A program made the translations under genes and the position numbers. The notes beneath the pieces were generated by a model that saw only the letters and a program-made list of their open reading frames with translations, made no database searches and was not told the origin of the DNA. A DNA stretch of 32,000 nt from Phycisphaera mikurensis NBRC 102666 (lineage in GTDB: Bacteria; Planctomycetota; Phycisphaerae; Phycisphaerales; Phycisphaeraceae), in NCBI RefSeq assembly GCF_000284115.1, contig NC_017080.1, positions 1,050,001 to 1,082,000 of the forward strand. Reading direction: 5' to 3'. Positions within the stretch are counted from its first letter, which is position 1. The number at the start of each line of letters is the position of its first letter. This document shows, in pieces, positions 1 through 9,121 of this stretch.

Positions 1-902
1 TGGTGCTCGTGCAGCCACGGGCCCAGGAAGGCGAGCACGGTGCGGGTGCCCCCGGCCAGGTCGTAGCGCACGAGCGGGACGCCGTACGCGCGGCCGGTCC
101 AGGTGGAGTCGACGACGTCGTGGAGCCAGCGGCCGGTCGGGTCCAGCGGCAGGTCGGTGATCCAGGCCCCGTCGTTCCAGGCGGGGCCGACCTCGCGGAG
201 CCGAAGCGGCTCGAACCCGAGCGCGTAGAGCGTCCCGCGGCGGGTGACCAGGATCAGCTCGCCGTCGGCGCTGAGCCCCCGCGTCGCGGCGCGGACCGGG
301 CCATCGAGGGTGAGCCCGGTGTCTCGGAGCCGGTCCGCGGGCGTTGCGTCCGCGGCGGTGTTCACCTCCAACAGCCGCGACGGGCTCGGCGGCGTGCTGG
401 TGAAGAAGCGTCCGCTTCGAGGCTCGAGCACGAGGCTCCGCCGCTCGGGCCGCAGCGGGCCGGGGGGCAGCCCCGCGCGCAGCGCGCGGCGGGCGTCGCT
501 GTCGTACACGAGGAGGCTGCCGAAGCTGTGCTGGTCGTCGTCGCCGTCCCAGGCGGCGCCAGAGGGCACCCCGTCGGCGGGGAGCGCCGGGTTCTCGTAG
601 AGCCCGCACTCCCCGATGGCCACGAGCACGCCGCGCTCCGCGTCCCACCGCTGCATCGGCCAGCTGTCGCCGGCGAAGGGGATCCCGAGGTGCTCGCTCT
701 TGCCGGTGAGCACGTTGTTGCGGAAGAGCCGCCCGCCCCGGTCCCGCTTCGCCGGGTGGTCGCCGTAGAACGACAGGAGGAAGGTTTCGCCGCCGGCGGC
801 GACGTCGATGCCAGTGTGCTGCTTCCCGCCGCCGTCGCCGGCCAGCGCCGGTGCGGCACCGTGAGCGAGCAGGAGCGGGAGACTGGACAGGGAACCAGGC
901 AA
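1..902 (-). CDS. Partial (runs off the left edge) beta-propeller-like secreted protein, paralogue of 28590..30035; possibly a 5'-degraded pseudogene. Start uncertain; TTG at 902 is the best in-frame candidate.
   Basis: Reverse-strand translation gives ...GGGKQHTGIDVAAGGETFLLSFYGDHPAKRD..., ...SWPMQRWDAERGVLVAIGECGLYENP..., ...RRSLVLEPRSGRFFTSTPPSPSRLLEVN..., ...VVDSTWTGRAYGVPLVRYDLAGGTRTVLAFLGPWLHE, closely matching 28590..30035. The frame is closed upstream by TAG at 956-954 and contains no ATG. Confidence 0.75.
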   Translation of the reverse strand, partial: MPGSLSSLPLLLAHGAAPALAGDGGGKQHTGIDVAAGGETFLLSFYGDHPAKRDRGGRLFRNNVLTGKSEHLGIPFAGDSWPMQRWDAERGVLVAIGECGLYENPALPADGVPSGAAWDGDDDQHSFGSLLVYDSDARRALRAGLPPGPLRPERRSLVLEPRSGRFFTSTPPSPSRLLEVNTAADATPADRLRDTGLTLDGPVRAATRGLSADGELILVTRRGTLYALGFEPLRLREVGPAWNDGAWITDLPLDPTGRWLHDVVDSTWTGRAYGVPLVRYDLAGGTRTVLAFLGPWLHEH

Positions 903-970
903 GGAAAGAGCGAACCGAGGGAGAAGAGCGACTTGACGGTTCCGCATGACTGTACCTAAAGTTTCACCCT

Positions 971-1774
971 ATGGAAGTCGACGCGCTGGCCCATCTGACT
1001 CGGAGTGACGCCGAGGGCCCGCTCGCTCGCCGGATCGCGCTGGTGACCGGCGGCGGGTCGGGCATCGGCCTGGCGGTGGCGCGGCGGCTGCACGCGGCGG
1101 GTGCGGCCGTGCTGGTGGCCGATCGCGACGCGGAGGCGGGCGCGGCGGCCGCCGCGTCTCTTGGGAGCCGTGCGGCCTCCAGGAGCCTCGACGTCTCGGA
1201 TCCGGAGGCGGTCTTCGCGCTCGCCGCGGAGCTCGACGCGGCGGGCGTCGCCGTCGGCGTGCTCGTGAACAACGCGGGGATCGGCCGCGTCGGCACGCTC
1301 GACGAGGCGACCGCGGACGACCTCGACGCGATGCACGCGGTGAACGTCCGCGGCGTCTTCAACGGGTGCAAGGCCTTCGTCCCGGCGATGCGGGAGCGGG
1401 GCGGCGGGGCGGTGGTCAACCTCGCGTCGGTCGGCGGAGTCGTGGGCATCCGCGACCGGCTGGCGTACTGCGCCAGCAAGTTCGCCGTGGTGGGGATGAC
1501 CAAGGCGATGGCGCTCGACGAGGCCGACTCGGGCGTCCGCGTCAACTGCGTCTGCCCCGGCCGCGTCGCGACGCCCTTCGTCGAGCGTCGCCTCGCCGAG
1601 TACGACGACCCCGAAGCGGCCCGGGCGGAGATGTCCGCGACGCAGGCGGTGCTGCGGATGGGCCAACCCGAGGAGATCGCCGAGGCGGTGCTCTGGCTCG
1701 CCTCCGACGCCTCGTCCTTTGTCACCGGCTCGGCGCTGATGATCGACGGGGGTTGGAGCGCCGGCCGCTCCTGA
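971..1774 (+). CDS. Short-chain dehydrogenase/reductase (SDR) family oxidoreductase
   Basis: ALVTGGGSGIGLAVARRL Rossmann motif, NNAGIG, YCASKFAVVGMTKAMALD active-site YxxxK, C-terminal ASDASSFVTGSALMIDGGW. Confidence 0.95.
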   Translation: MEVDALAHLTRSDAEGPLARRIALVTGGGSGIGLAVARRLHAAGAAVLVADRDAEAGAAAAASLGSRAASRSLDVSDPEAVFALAAELDAAGVAVGVLVNNAGIGRVGTLDEATADDLDAMHAVNVRGVFNGCKAFVPAMRERGGGAVVNLASVGGVVGIRDRLAYCASKFAVVGMTKAMALDEADSGVRVNCVCPGRVATPFVERRLAEYDDPEAARAEMSATQAVLRMGQPEEIAEAVLWLASDASSFVTGSALMIDGGWSAGRS

Positions 1775-1824
1775 ATCCGCGGACCGCGGGCCCGGACGCC
1801 GCAAACGCTCGACGGTCCGCGGCG
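1775..1824. repeat. Copy 1 of a hairpin element: AT-CCGCGGACCG-N26-CGGTCCGCGG-CG, immediately after the SDR stop codon
   Basis: Perfect 10-bp arms at 1777-1786 and 1813-1822. A competing 8-bp stem GACGCCGC (1795-1802)/GCGGCGTC (1819-1826) is also possible. Confidence 0.7.
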
Positions 1825-1855
1825 TCGGCCCCGGGCCGCTGCTACCTTCCGGATC

Positions 1856-2590
1856 ATGGAATCCACGGTCCTCGTCAAAGCCTTCGGCATCCTGGAGACG
1901 CTCGCCCACGAGCAGAAGGCGATGTCGCTGGCGGAGCTGACCGAGGTGCTCTCGCTCAACAAGCCGACGATCCACCGGATCCTGCAGGACCTCATCGGCC
2001 TGGGCTACGTGGAGCGGGTGGGCGGTGGGGTGTACGTGCTCACGCACAAGCTGCGTCGGCTCTCGCAGGACGAGGGCACGGCGCGGCTGATCGAGGTGGG
2101 CGAGCCGCTGCTGGCGGGGCTGCACGAGGCGACCGAGGAGACGACCAACCTGGGGGTTTTGCGTCAGGACAAGGTGGCGTACCTGATGGTGCTGGAGAGC
2201 CCCCAGCCGCTGCGTCGGGTGGAGGGCCCCGGCTCGCTGGACCCGTTCCACTCCACGGCGTTGGGGCGTGCGATCGTGAGCCACCTGCCCGAGGAGCGTT
2301 GGCCGCGGCTGATGAAGGGGGTGCGTCTGCGGAAGCAGACGGCCAACACGATCACGGACAAGGACGCTCTGGTGGAGACGCTGCGGACGGCGAAGGCGCA
2401 GGGCTACGCCGACGAGTGGGAGGAGAACGACGTGGGGGTGATGTGCGTGGCGGTGCCGGTGCTGGTGGACGGCGAGCCGCTGGCGGCGGTGAGCCTGACG
2501 GTGCCGCTGCCGCGGATCGACCGCGCCCGCGAGCGGGAGCTGGTGACGCGGCTCCGCGAGACGGCGGCGGCGTTCGGCGGAGCGCTCTGA
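1856..2590 (+). CDS. IclR-family transcriptional regulator
   Basis: N-terminal wHTH typical of IclR (VKAFGILETLAHEQKAMSLAELTEVLSLNKPTIHRILQDLIGLGYVER) and effector-domain motif LDPFHSTALGRAI. Confidence 0.93.
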   Translation: MESTVLVKAFGILETLAHEQKAMSLAELTEVLSLNKPTIHRILQDLIGLGYVERVGGGVYVLTHKLRRLSQDEGTARLIEVGEPLLAGLHEATEETTNLGVLRQDKVAYLMVLESPQPLRRVEGPGSLDPFHSTALGRAIVSHLPEERWPRLMKGVRLRKQTANTITDKDALVETLRTAKAQGYADEWEENDVGVMCVAVPVLVDGEPLAAVSLTVPLPRIDRARERELVTRLRETAAAFGGAL

Positions 2591-2664
2591 GGCCCGCTTC
2601 GCGGCGGCTCTTCCCGGACCCGGAGCCCGCCCGCGGGAGCTCGACGCCGCAGCGGCACATGCCA

Positions 2665-2681
2665 CGGAATGAGAAATTCCA
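2665..2681. promoter_or_regulatory. Candidate operator palindrome CGGAAT-GAGAA-ATTCCA upstream of the lysine-6-dehydrogenase-like gene
   Basis: Perfect GGAAT-N5-ATTCC inverted repeat in the iclR/dehydrogenase intergenic region; same architecture as the site at 5512-5528. Confidence 0.5.
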
Positions 2682-2743
2682 TCATCTGATATCGTCCCCG
2701 CGCCTCCCGCCCCGGATCTCCCGCTCTCCCCCCCGAATCGTCT

Positions 2744-3880
2744 ATGCATCACGTCCTCCTCCTCGGTGCCGGAAAGATCGGCTCGGCCATCGCCCGCCTG
2801 CTCGGCGAGACCGGCGACTATGACGTGCTGGTGGCCGACGCGGACGCGGCGTCGCTGGAGCGGCTGGAGGGCTTCGCGAACGTGGCGACGCGGACGCTGG
2901 ACTGCGGCGACGCCGATGCCCTGGCCGCGGCGATGGAGGGCCGGCACTCGGTCATCTCGGCGCTGTCCTTCCGCTTCAACCCGGCGATCGCCCGCTGCGC
3001 GAGAGAGAACGGCCTGAGCTACTTCGACCTCACCGAGGACGTCGAGACCACCCGCGCCGTGCGGGAGCAAGCCGAGGGCGCCGCCGGGGGCACGGTCTTC
3101 CTGCCGCAGTGCGGCCTGGCCCCGGGCTTCGTGAGCATCGCGGCGCACGAGCTGACGAAGTCGTTCGACGCGCTCGACACCGTCCGCCTCCGCGTCGGGG
3201 CGCTGCCGATCTTTCCCAGCAACCAGCTGCGGTACAACCTCACCTGGAGCACCGACGGGCTGATCAACGAGTACGGCAACCCTTGCGAGGCGGTGGCCGG
3301 CGGCAAGCGGATCGACGTCCTCCCGCTGGAAGGCCTCGAGCACTTCTCGCTGGACGGGGTGATGTACGAGGCATTCAACACCAGCGGCGGCGTGGGCACG
3401 CTGGGCGAGACACTCGCGGGCCAAGTCCGCGACCTGGACTACAAGACGATCCGCTACCGCGGCCACCGCGACCTGATCGCGTTCCTCATGAACGACCTGC
3501 GGCTCAACGAGCGCCGCGAGATCTTGAAGGACATCCTCGAGCACGCGGTGCCGATGACCCCGCAGGACGTCGTGCTGATCTTCTGCACCGCGACCGGGCA
3601 GCGCGACGGCCACCTGGTGCAGGTCACCGATGCGCGGAAGGTCTACCACGGACCCTTCCGCGGGCTGGACCTCTCGGCGATCCAGCTGACCACGGCGGCG
3701 TCGATCTGCGCGGTGCTGGACCTGCACGCCACCGGCAAGCTGCCCGCGGGCGGCGGCTTCGTCCGCCAGGAGCAGGTCCCGCTCGCGGACTTCCTCGCCA
3801 ACCGCTTCGGCTGCTGCTACGCGACCGGCCGCGAGAACGTCGAGGAGATCGCCGAGCCCTACGTCCCGCAGGCAAGCTGA
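2744..3880 (+). CDS. Saccharopine dehydrogenase-family protein, probable L-lysine 6-dehydrogenase-like enzyme
   Basis: N-terminal MHHVLLLGAGKIGSAIARLLGETGDYDVLVADAD, LPQCGLAPGF motif, 378-aa size; followed by an ALDH7-type dehydrogenase. Confidence 0.8.
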   Translation: MHHVLLLGAGKIGSAIARLLGETGDYDVLVADADAASLERLEGFANVATRTLDCGDADALAAAMEGRHSVISALSFRFNPAIARCARENGLSYFDLTEDVETTRAVREQAEGAAGGTVFLPQCGLAPGFVSIAAHELTKSFDALDTVRLRVGALPIFPSNQLRYNLTWSTDGLINEYGNPCEAVAGGKRIDVLPLEGLEHFSLDGVMYEAFNTSGGVGTLGETLAGQVRDLDYKTIRYRGHRDLIAFLMNDLRLNERREILKDILEHAVPMTPQDVVLIFCTATGQRDGHLVQVTDARKVYHGPFRGLDLSAIQLTTAASICAVLDLHATGKLPAGGGFVRQEQVPLADFLANRFGCCYATGRENVEEIAEPYVPQAS

Positions 3881-3921
3881 AGCCTCGCCCCCGACGCCGC
3901 TCCCTCACCGCCACCTGGATC

Positions 3922-5463
3922 ATGGACGCAGACACCACCCTCCGCCGCCTCGGCCTCGCCGATCCGCACGCCGTCGCCCTCGCCGCGGACCGCCGGTCCG
4001 GCAGCGGTCAAACGCTCGCGGTCCGCGGCTGCATCGACGGCGCGACGCTCGCGGCGTTCCCGCAGGCGGTCGCCGCCGACGTGGACGAGGCGGTGCGGGT
4101 GGCGCAGGAGGCGTTCGAGACGCTCCGCTGCGTGCCCGCACCCCGCCGCGGCGAGCTGGTCCGCCGGCTGGGCAACAAGCTCCGCGAACGCAAGAGCGAC
4201 TTGGGCGCCGTCGTCACGCTCGAGGCCGGCAAGAGCGTGCAGGAAGCCGAGGGCGAGGTGCAGGAGATGATCGACGTGTGCGACTTCGCCGTTGGGCTCT
4301 CGCGGCAGCTCTACGGCCTGACCATCGCCACCGAGCGGCCGCACCACCGGATGATGGAGCAGTGGCACCCGCTCGGGCCGGTGGCGGTCATCACGGCCTT
4401 CAACTTCCCCGTGGCGGTGTGGGCGTGGAACGCGGCGCTGGCCCTGGTCTGCGGCGATCCCGTCGTCTGGAAGCCCAGCGAGAAGACGCCGCTGACGGCG
4501 CTGGCCTGCCACGGGATCCTCCAGGAGGTCATCGGCGAGAGCGGCGACCTGGGCGTGCCCGCCGGCGTCTCCGGCGTGCTCGTCGGCGGCCGGGAGGTGG
4601 GCGAGGCGATGGCGGATCACCACGGCTTCCCCCTGGTGAGCGCCACCGGCAGCGTCCGCATGGGCCGGGCCGTGGGCGCGGCGGTCGGCGCCCGCCTCGG
4701 ACGCTCGCTGCTGGAGCTCGGCGGCAACAACGCGATGATCGTGGCGCCCTCGGCCGACCCGGACCTCGCGCTGCGGGCGATCACCTTCTCGGCCTTCGGC
4801 ACGGCGGGCCAGCGCTGCACGACGATGCGCCGCCTGATCGTGCACGAGGAGGCGGCCGACGGGCTGCTGCCGAGGCTCAAGAAGGTTGCCTCGACGCTGC
4901 AGATCGGCGACCCGCGGGACGCGGGCGTGCTGCTGGGTCCGCTGATCGACGAGGCCGCACACCAAGCGATGCAGAGAGCCCTCGAGTGCGCCCGCGACGC
5001 CGGCGCCACCGTCACCGGCGGCGAGCGGGTGACCGAGGGCGTGCCCGGCGGCGTGTACGTGCGTCCCGCGATCGTGGAGGGGCTGGAAGCGGGCTCGCCG
5101 CTCATCGCCGAGGAGACCTTCGCCCCGATCCTGTACGTGCTGCCGTACCGAGAGCTCGACGAGGCGATCCGGATCCACAACGACGTCCCGCAGGGCCTGG
5201 CCTCGGCGATCTTCACCGCCGACGTGCGCGAAGCCGAACGCTTCCTCTCGGCTTCGGGCAGCGACTGCGGGATCGCCAACGTCAACATCGGCACCAGCGG
5301 CGCGGAGATCGGCGGGGCCTTCGGCGGCGAGAAGGACACCGGCGGCGGCCGCGAGTCCGGCTCGGACGCCTGGAAGAACTACATGCGGCGGGCGACCAAC
5401 ACGATCAACTTCGGCCACGACCTGCCGCTGGCGCAGGGCGTCAACTTCGAGGCGGCGCTGTAG
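3922..5463 (+). CDS. Aldehyde dehydrogenase, ALDH7/alpha-aminoadipate semialdehyde (P6C) dehydrogenase type
   Basis: PLGPVAVITAFNFPVAVWAWNAALALVCGDPVVWKPSEKTPL, LLELGGNNAMIVAP, GTAGQRCTTMRRL, GGEKDTGGGRESGSDAWKNYMRRATNTINF. The tracked ORF starts at 3109, but the homologous region starts at ATG 3922. Confidence 0.92.
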   Translation: MDADTTLRRLGLADPHAVALAADRRSGSGQTLAVRGCIDGATLAAFPQAVAADVDEAVRVAQEAFETLRCVPAPRRGELVRRLGNKLRERKSDLGAVVTLEAGKSVQEAEGEVQEMIDVCDFAVGLSRQLYGLTIATERPHHRMMEQWHPLGPVAVITAFNFPVAVWAWNAALALVCGDPVVWKPSEKTPLTALACHGILQEVIGESGDLGVPAGVSGVLVGGREVGEAMADHHGFPLVSATGSVRMGRAVGAAVGARLGRSLLELGGNNAMIVAPSADPDLALRAITFSAFGTAGQRCTTMRRLIVHEEAADGLLPRLKKVASTLQIGDPRDAGVLLGPLIDEAAHQAMQRALECARDAGATVTGGERVTEGVPGGVYVRPAIVEGLEAGSPLIAEETFAPILYVLPYRELDEAIRIHNDVPQGLASAIFTADVREAERFLSASGSDCGIANVNIGTSGAEIGGAFGGEKDTGGGRESGSDAWKNYMRRATNTINFGHDLPLAQGVNFEAAL

Positions 5464-5511
5464 CGCGCGGCCGCGCCGCCCCTCGCGCAGGGTGGCACAG
5501 GATTCGCCATT

Positions 5512-5528
5512 CGGAACAAGACGTTCCG
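5512..5528. promoter_or_regulatory. Candidate operator palindrome CGGAAC-AAGAC-GTTCCG upstream of the epimerase gene
   Basis: Perfect 6-bp arms with 5-nt spacer, 74 bp upstream of the likely start at 5602. Confidence 0.55.
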
Positions 5529-5601
5529 TTGTATGATGAAGCCGGATCCCCGCTCCTGCCCCGGAGGATCCTCTCACGCGATCCGCTTCAGGAGAATGGC
5601 G

Positions 5602-6480
5602 ATGCATCTCACCGGACTCAAGACCGGGTCGCGCGTCGTGGTGACCGGCGCGATGGGGTGGGTGGGCTCCCGGACCCTCGGCCGGCTCGCAACCGAGCAC
5701 GAGGTGAAGGGGCTGGACCTGGAGCCCGGCGCAGCGGGCGGCTGCGTGGTCGATGAGATCGACCTGATCGAGTACGAGGCGGTCCGGGAGGCGCTGGAGG
5801 GGGCGGAGGGCGTCGTGCACCTGGCGATCGCCTCGCGGCGGGCGCTCACGCACCTCGACGAGCACGACTACGCCGCGGTGGAGATCCAGTCCAACGTGCT
5901 CGGCACGCGGAACGTCTTCGAAGCCGCCGCGGAAGCCGGGGTGAAGCGGATGGTTTACTTCAGCTCGCTGACGATCCAGCTCGGCGAGCCCCAGCGTCGC
6001 TGGATCGGGCCGGGAGCGCCGCTGCGGCCGAGCAACCCGTACGCGGTGACCAAGCTGTACGGCGAGCAGCTGGCGTGGCTGTACGCCAACCAGGGCCGGC
6101 TCTCCACCGTCGCGTGGCGGCTCGGGCAGCCTTACCCGGTGGAGCACTTCTCGCTGGAGCACATGCGCGACCCCGAGGAGCGGGCCTGCGGCATCACCGC
6201 GGGCGACATCGCGCGGGGCATGCTCGCCGGCCTCTCCGCCGACCTCTCGGTGTTCGAGGCGCCCGAGCGGGAGGCCGGACCCGCGGAGGAGCTGCCCTGC
6301 GGCGGGCGGCCGGGCTTCACGCCGGGCTTCGCGGTGGCGAACCTGGTGTCCGCCTCGGACACCGGCGACGGGCACGGCTATGACCTGTCGGTGGCGCGGC
6401 GTCTGGGCTACGAGCCCGCCGAGTGCTTCACGGCGGAGGGCCCGGTCCCGGTGCAGAGCCTGCGGAAGGCGATTCGCTGA
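5602..6480 (+). CDS. NAD-dependent epimerase/dehydratase family protein
   Basis: VVVTGAMGWVGSRTLGRL Rossmann motif; NPYAVTKLYGEQLAW (YxxxK). GGAG 7 nt before ATG 5602 favours this start over ATG 5533 or 5596. Confidence 0.88.
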   Translation: MHLTGLKTGSRVVVTGAMGWVGSRTLGRLATEHEVKGLDLEPGAAGGCVVDEIDLIEYEAVREALEGAEGVVHLAIASRRALTHLDEHDYAAVEIQSNVLGTRNVFEAAAEAGVKRMVYFSSLTIQLGEPQRRWIGPGAPLRPSNPYAVTKLYGEQLAWLYANQGRLSTVAWRLGQPYPVEHFSLEHMRDPEERACGITAGDIARGMLAGLSADLSVFEAPEREAGPAEELPCGGRPGFTPGFAVANLVSASDTGDGHGYDLSVARRLGYEPAECFTAEGPVPVQSLRKAIR

Positions 6481-6722
6481 TGCGTCGTGGGGTCGTCCGC
6501 ATCCTTGGCCGGAGAAGCGGGGGTTTCCTTGTTCCAGGGTGGACCTGCCGATCGGTCGCGTGCGGCCCCCGGGCCGCGGCCGCGCGGATCCGGCCGGGGC
6601 CCGCGGTTGGCGGCGCTCCCGCGTCGGACCCTCTGCCGGCACGCGGCGGTCCCGCCGGCTCTGGCCTCGCTGCCGCCCCGCCCCGGCCGGGCGGGCCTTT
6701 CTGATCCCCGCTCCGCTCCGCC

Positions 6723-9023
6723 ATGATCGACTACTCCCGATGGACCGCCGCGCTTCTCGTGCCGCTTTCGCTTCTTGTCGGCTGCTCCGCCGCGGAGGCG
6801 CAGCCGGTCCCGCTGCCCGGCTTCGACCTCTCCAAGCCGGACGCCGCGTGGCACTACCACTTCCCGCAGGACGCGATGGCGTTCCGCGAGAGCGGCGGCC
6901 CGGGTGGCGGCGGCTACTACACGGCCACCGAGGGGGGAAACCTCTTCGAGGGCCCGCCGATGGAGCTCCGGAAGAACCGGCGCTACCGCGTATCGGCGAT
7001 GATCCGCTGCGACTTCGACCGCGCCGGCGGCGAGGTCAGCTTCTTCCTCAACGAGTGGACCTCGCCGGGGGAGCACGCCTTCGAGAGCGGCGACCACACG
7101 GTGCAGGTCCTGTACCAGCGGCCGGTGGGGCTGCCCGCCAGGACCCAGGGGTGGGTGCCCTTCGAAGCCGAGTTCGTGACAACGGGGTTCGCGGACACGA
7201 GAGCGTGGCGCTTCGGGATGAACCTCTACGGCACCGTGGGCGAGGGAGACAACCGCTTCGACCTCACCGACCTGCGCGTGGAGCTGCTTCCCGAGGACCC
7301 CGTCGACCCCTTCGGCCGGGGCGAGGGCGTCACCTTCGCCGGCGGCCCGGGGGAGCTGGGGATGCGGATCACCGGGGTGACCCGGGGGGACGATCGGATC
7401 GAGGTCGAGTCGACCGCCGGGCGCTACACGCTCGACCTGGCCGCCGGAACGCTCACGCTCCGGCAGCTCTTGGTCGAGGAGCGCGACGTGGCGGAGGTGG
7501 CGTTCGACGCGAGCCTTGCGGGCATGGAGGTGCTGCGGGAGGACGAGCATGTGGTGGTCCTGGCGAACGAGGACATGACCCTCGGCGTGCAGTGCGACGG
7601 GCTGGTGGCGATGACCGCGCAGCGGGCCGGCGGGGTCGGCGTGACGGTGACCAGCCGCGTCGGCAGCCCGGAGCGCGGCCAGTGGAACCGCATCCGCGAC
7701 GGGCACCTGATTGTCAAGGACCACCTCGGCGGCTTCAGCGTCCACCCGTGGGTCGTGCCCGGCAGCGGCGTCCTGCCGGCCGCCGAGCTGCTCGGCGAGG
7801 TCGATTTCGCAGCGTTTCGCACCGCCTACGGCGGGTCCGGGTCGGACATCTGGCAGATGCGCAGCGACGACCGGCTCAGCCACGAGCGGGCGGGTTGGCG
7901 AGCCCGGTGGCGCGTGAACGCCGGCGAGCGGCTCGGCCTCTGCGTCATGCCCACGCGGCCCTTCGACTGGCCTTCTTCCTTCGAGGACCACTACGAGCTG
8001 ATCGGCCACTGGAACGACACCCCCGAGACGATCCGCGAGAGCCCCGCGTCGATCTTCCTGCTCTGGGAGGACACGCCCCGCGCGTACGCCCTGAGCTGGG
8101 GGCGGATCCGGGCGGGCGACCCCGCCAAGACCCGGCGTCACGTCCGCGAGATCCAAGCGGCGGGCAAGAAGGTCACCAACTACATGAGCGCGTACTTCTA
8201 CGGGACGCGCGACGAAGCCTTCATCGAGGACGTCCGGCACTGGAAGGAGCGGTACGGGATCGACGGCGTCTACTCCGACGGCCTCCCCATCGACTGGGTC
8301 CTCGCGTACGAGCAGGTCCGCCAGATGCGCGAGATCTTCCCCGACGGGATCATCCACCTGCACGTGACCGGCATCTGGGCCAACGGCGGCCCGCCGCTGG
8401 CGACCTCGGACATCTTCTGCCCCTTCGTCGACACCTACGCCGACTCCATCGTGTCGGCCGAGAACCTGCAGGCCGGGCCGACCGCGGCGGACACGGACCC
8501 GAAGGCCTGGGTGTACCCGCGGCTGGTCGGCAGCCGCTTCCGCAGCAGCAACGTGCCGGTGGGGATCGTGAAGGCCAACACGCTGATCGACGTGAGCTTC
8601 TCGGAGATCACGAAGCTGAATCTGCTCGCCGGCGGCCGGGAGTGGGTCGACCAGATCCGGCCTGCGGAGTACGAAGCCGACTACCTGCCGATGCTCGCGG
8701 AGATCCGGCGGGCTTGGGAGGCCGACGGCGAGGACCCGCATTTCTTCGACCGCCACTACCTGCCGCTCGTGCAGCGGCTCACCGGCCTCCGCCACGGCCC
8801 GGCGGCGATGCCGCACGCCGACGAGAAGGATGGCCGCATCCACCTCCGCAGCGTCGATCCCGACGCCAGCGTTCACTACACGCTCGACGGCTCCGAGCCC
8901 ACGGCAGACTCGCCGCACGACCGCCAGCCGATCCGGCTCGGCACCGGCCAGGTGCTGCGGGCCGTCGCCATCGCCCCGGGCCTGGACCCGAGCCGGGTGC
9001 TGACGGTGCCGGCGGACCGGTAG
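6723..9023 (+). CDS. Putative secreted lipoprotein glycoside-hydrolase-like protein with a C-terminal chitobiase/beta-hexosaminidase C-terminal-like domain; paralogue A
   Basis: Lipobox-like LSLLVGCSA; jelly-roll-like N-terminal region; barrel-like segment with YGIDGVYSDGLPIDWVLAYEQVRQMREIFPDGIIHLHV; C-terminal VHYTLDGSEPTADSP. Confidence 0.8.
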   Translation: MIDYSRWTAALLVPLSLLVGCSAAEAQPVPLPGFDLSKPDAAWHYHFPQDAMAFRESGGPGGGGYYTATEGGNLFEGPPMELRKNRRYRVSAMIRCDFDRAGGEVSFFLNEWTSPGEHAFESGDHTVQVLYQRPVGLPARTQGWVPFEAEFVTTGFADTRAWRFGMNLYGTVGEGDNRFDLTDLRVELLPEDPVDPFGRGEGVTFAGGPGELGMRITGVTRGDDRIEVESTAGRYTLDLAAGTLTLRQLLVEERDVAEVAFDASLAGMEVLREDEHVVVLANEDMTLGVQCDGLVAMTAQRAGGVGVTVTSRVGSPERGQWNRIRDGHLIVKDHLGGFSVHPWVVPGSGVLPAAELLGEVDFAAFRTAYGGSGSDIWQMRSDDRLSHERAGWRARWRVNAGERLGLCVMPTRPFDWPSSFEDHYELIGHWNDTPETIRESPASIFLLWEDTPRAYALSWGRIRAGDPAKTRRHVREIQAAGKKVTNYMSAYFYGTRDEAFIEDVRHWKERYGIDGVYSDGLPIDWVLAYEQVRQMREIFPDGIIHLHVTGIWANGGPPLATSDIFCPFVDTYADSIVSAENLQAGPTAADTDPKAWVYPRLVGSRFRSSNVPVGIVKANTLIDVSFSEITKLNLLAGGREWVDQIRPAEYEADYLPMLAEIRRAWEADGEDPHFFDRHYLPLVQRLTGLRHGPAAMPHADEKDGRIHLRSVDPDASVHYTLDGSEPTADSPHDRQPIRLGTGQVLRAVAIAPGLDPSRVLTVPADR

Positions 9024-9049
9024 ACGCGGGCTCGGCCGTGCGGCGGGGC

Positions 9050-9075
9050 CGGCGGCTTCCCGGGCAGGGCCGCCG
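9050..9075. terminator. Candidate bidirectional hairpin between convergent genes (CGGCGGC-N12-GCCGCCG), no T-tract
   Basis: Perfect 7-bp arms between stops at 9023 and 9122. Confidence 0.3.
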
Positions 9076-9121
9076 AAGCGGCCCGACCCGGTCGATGCCG
9101 GCTCGAAGCCCTGAGCGGGTT

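Noticed and set aside
1844-1862. TTCC-GGATCAT-GGAA inverted repeat overlapping the iclR start codon, considered as an autoregulatory site
   Set aside because: Arms of only 4 bp in the opposite arrangement to the proposed operator; too weak to support.
956-3727. 923-aa minus-strand ORF opposite the SDR, IclR and dehydrogenase genes
   Set aside because: Arg/His/Val-rich low-information sequence with no domain motifs; classic antisense ORF in high-GC DNA. The plus-strand genes have clear family motifs.
3109-3921. N-terminal extension of the 784-aa ORF ending at 5463
   Set aside because: It overlaps the dehydrogenase in another frame and is Arg/Pro-rich. Homology to ALDH7 enzymes begins at ATG 3922.
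3859-6642. 927-aa minus-strand ORF opposite the ALDH and epimerase genes
   Set aside because: Shadow ORF from GC-rich codon bias; no signal peptide or recognisable motifs.
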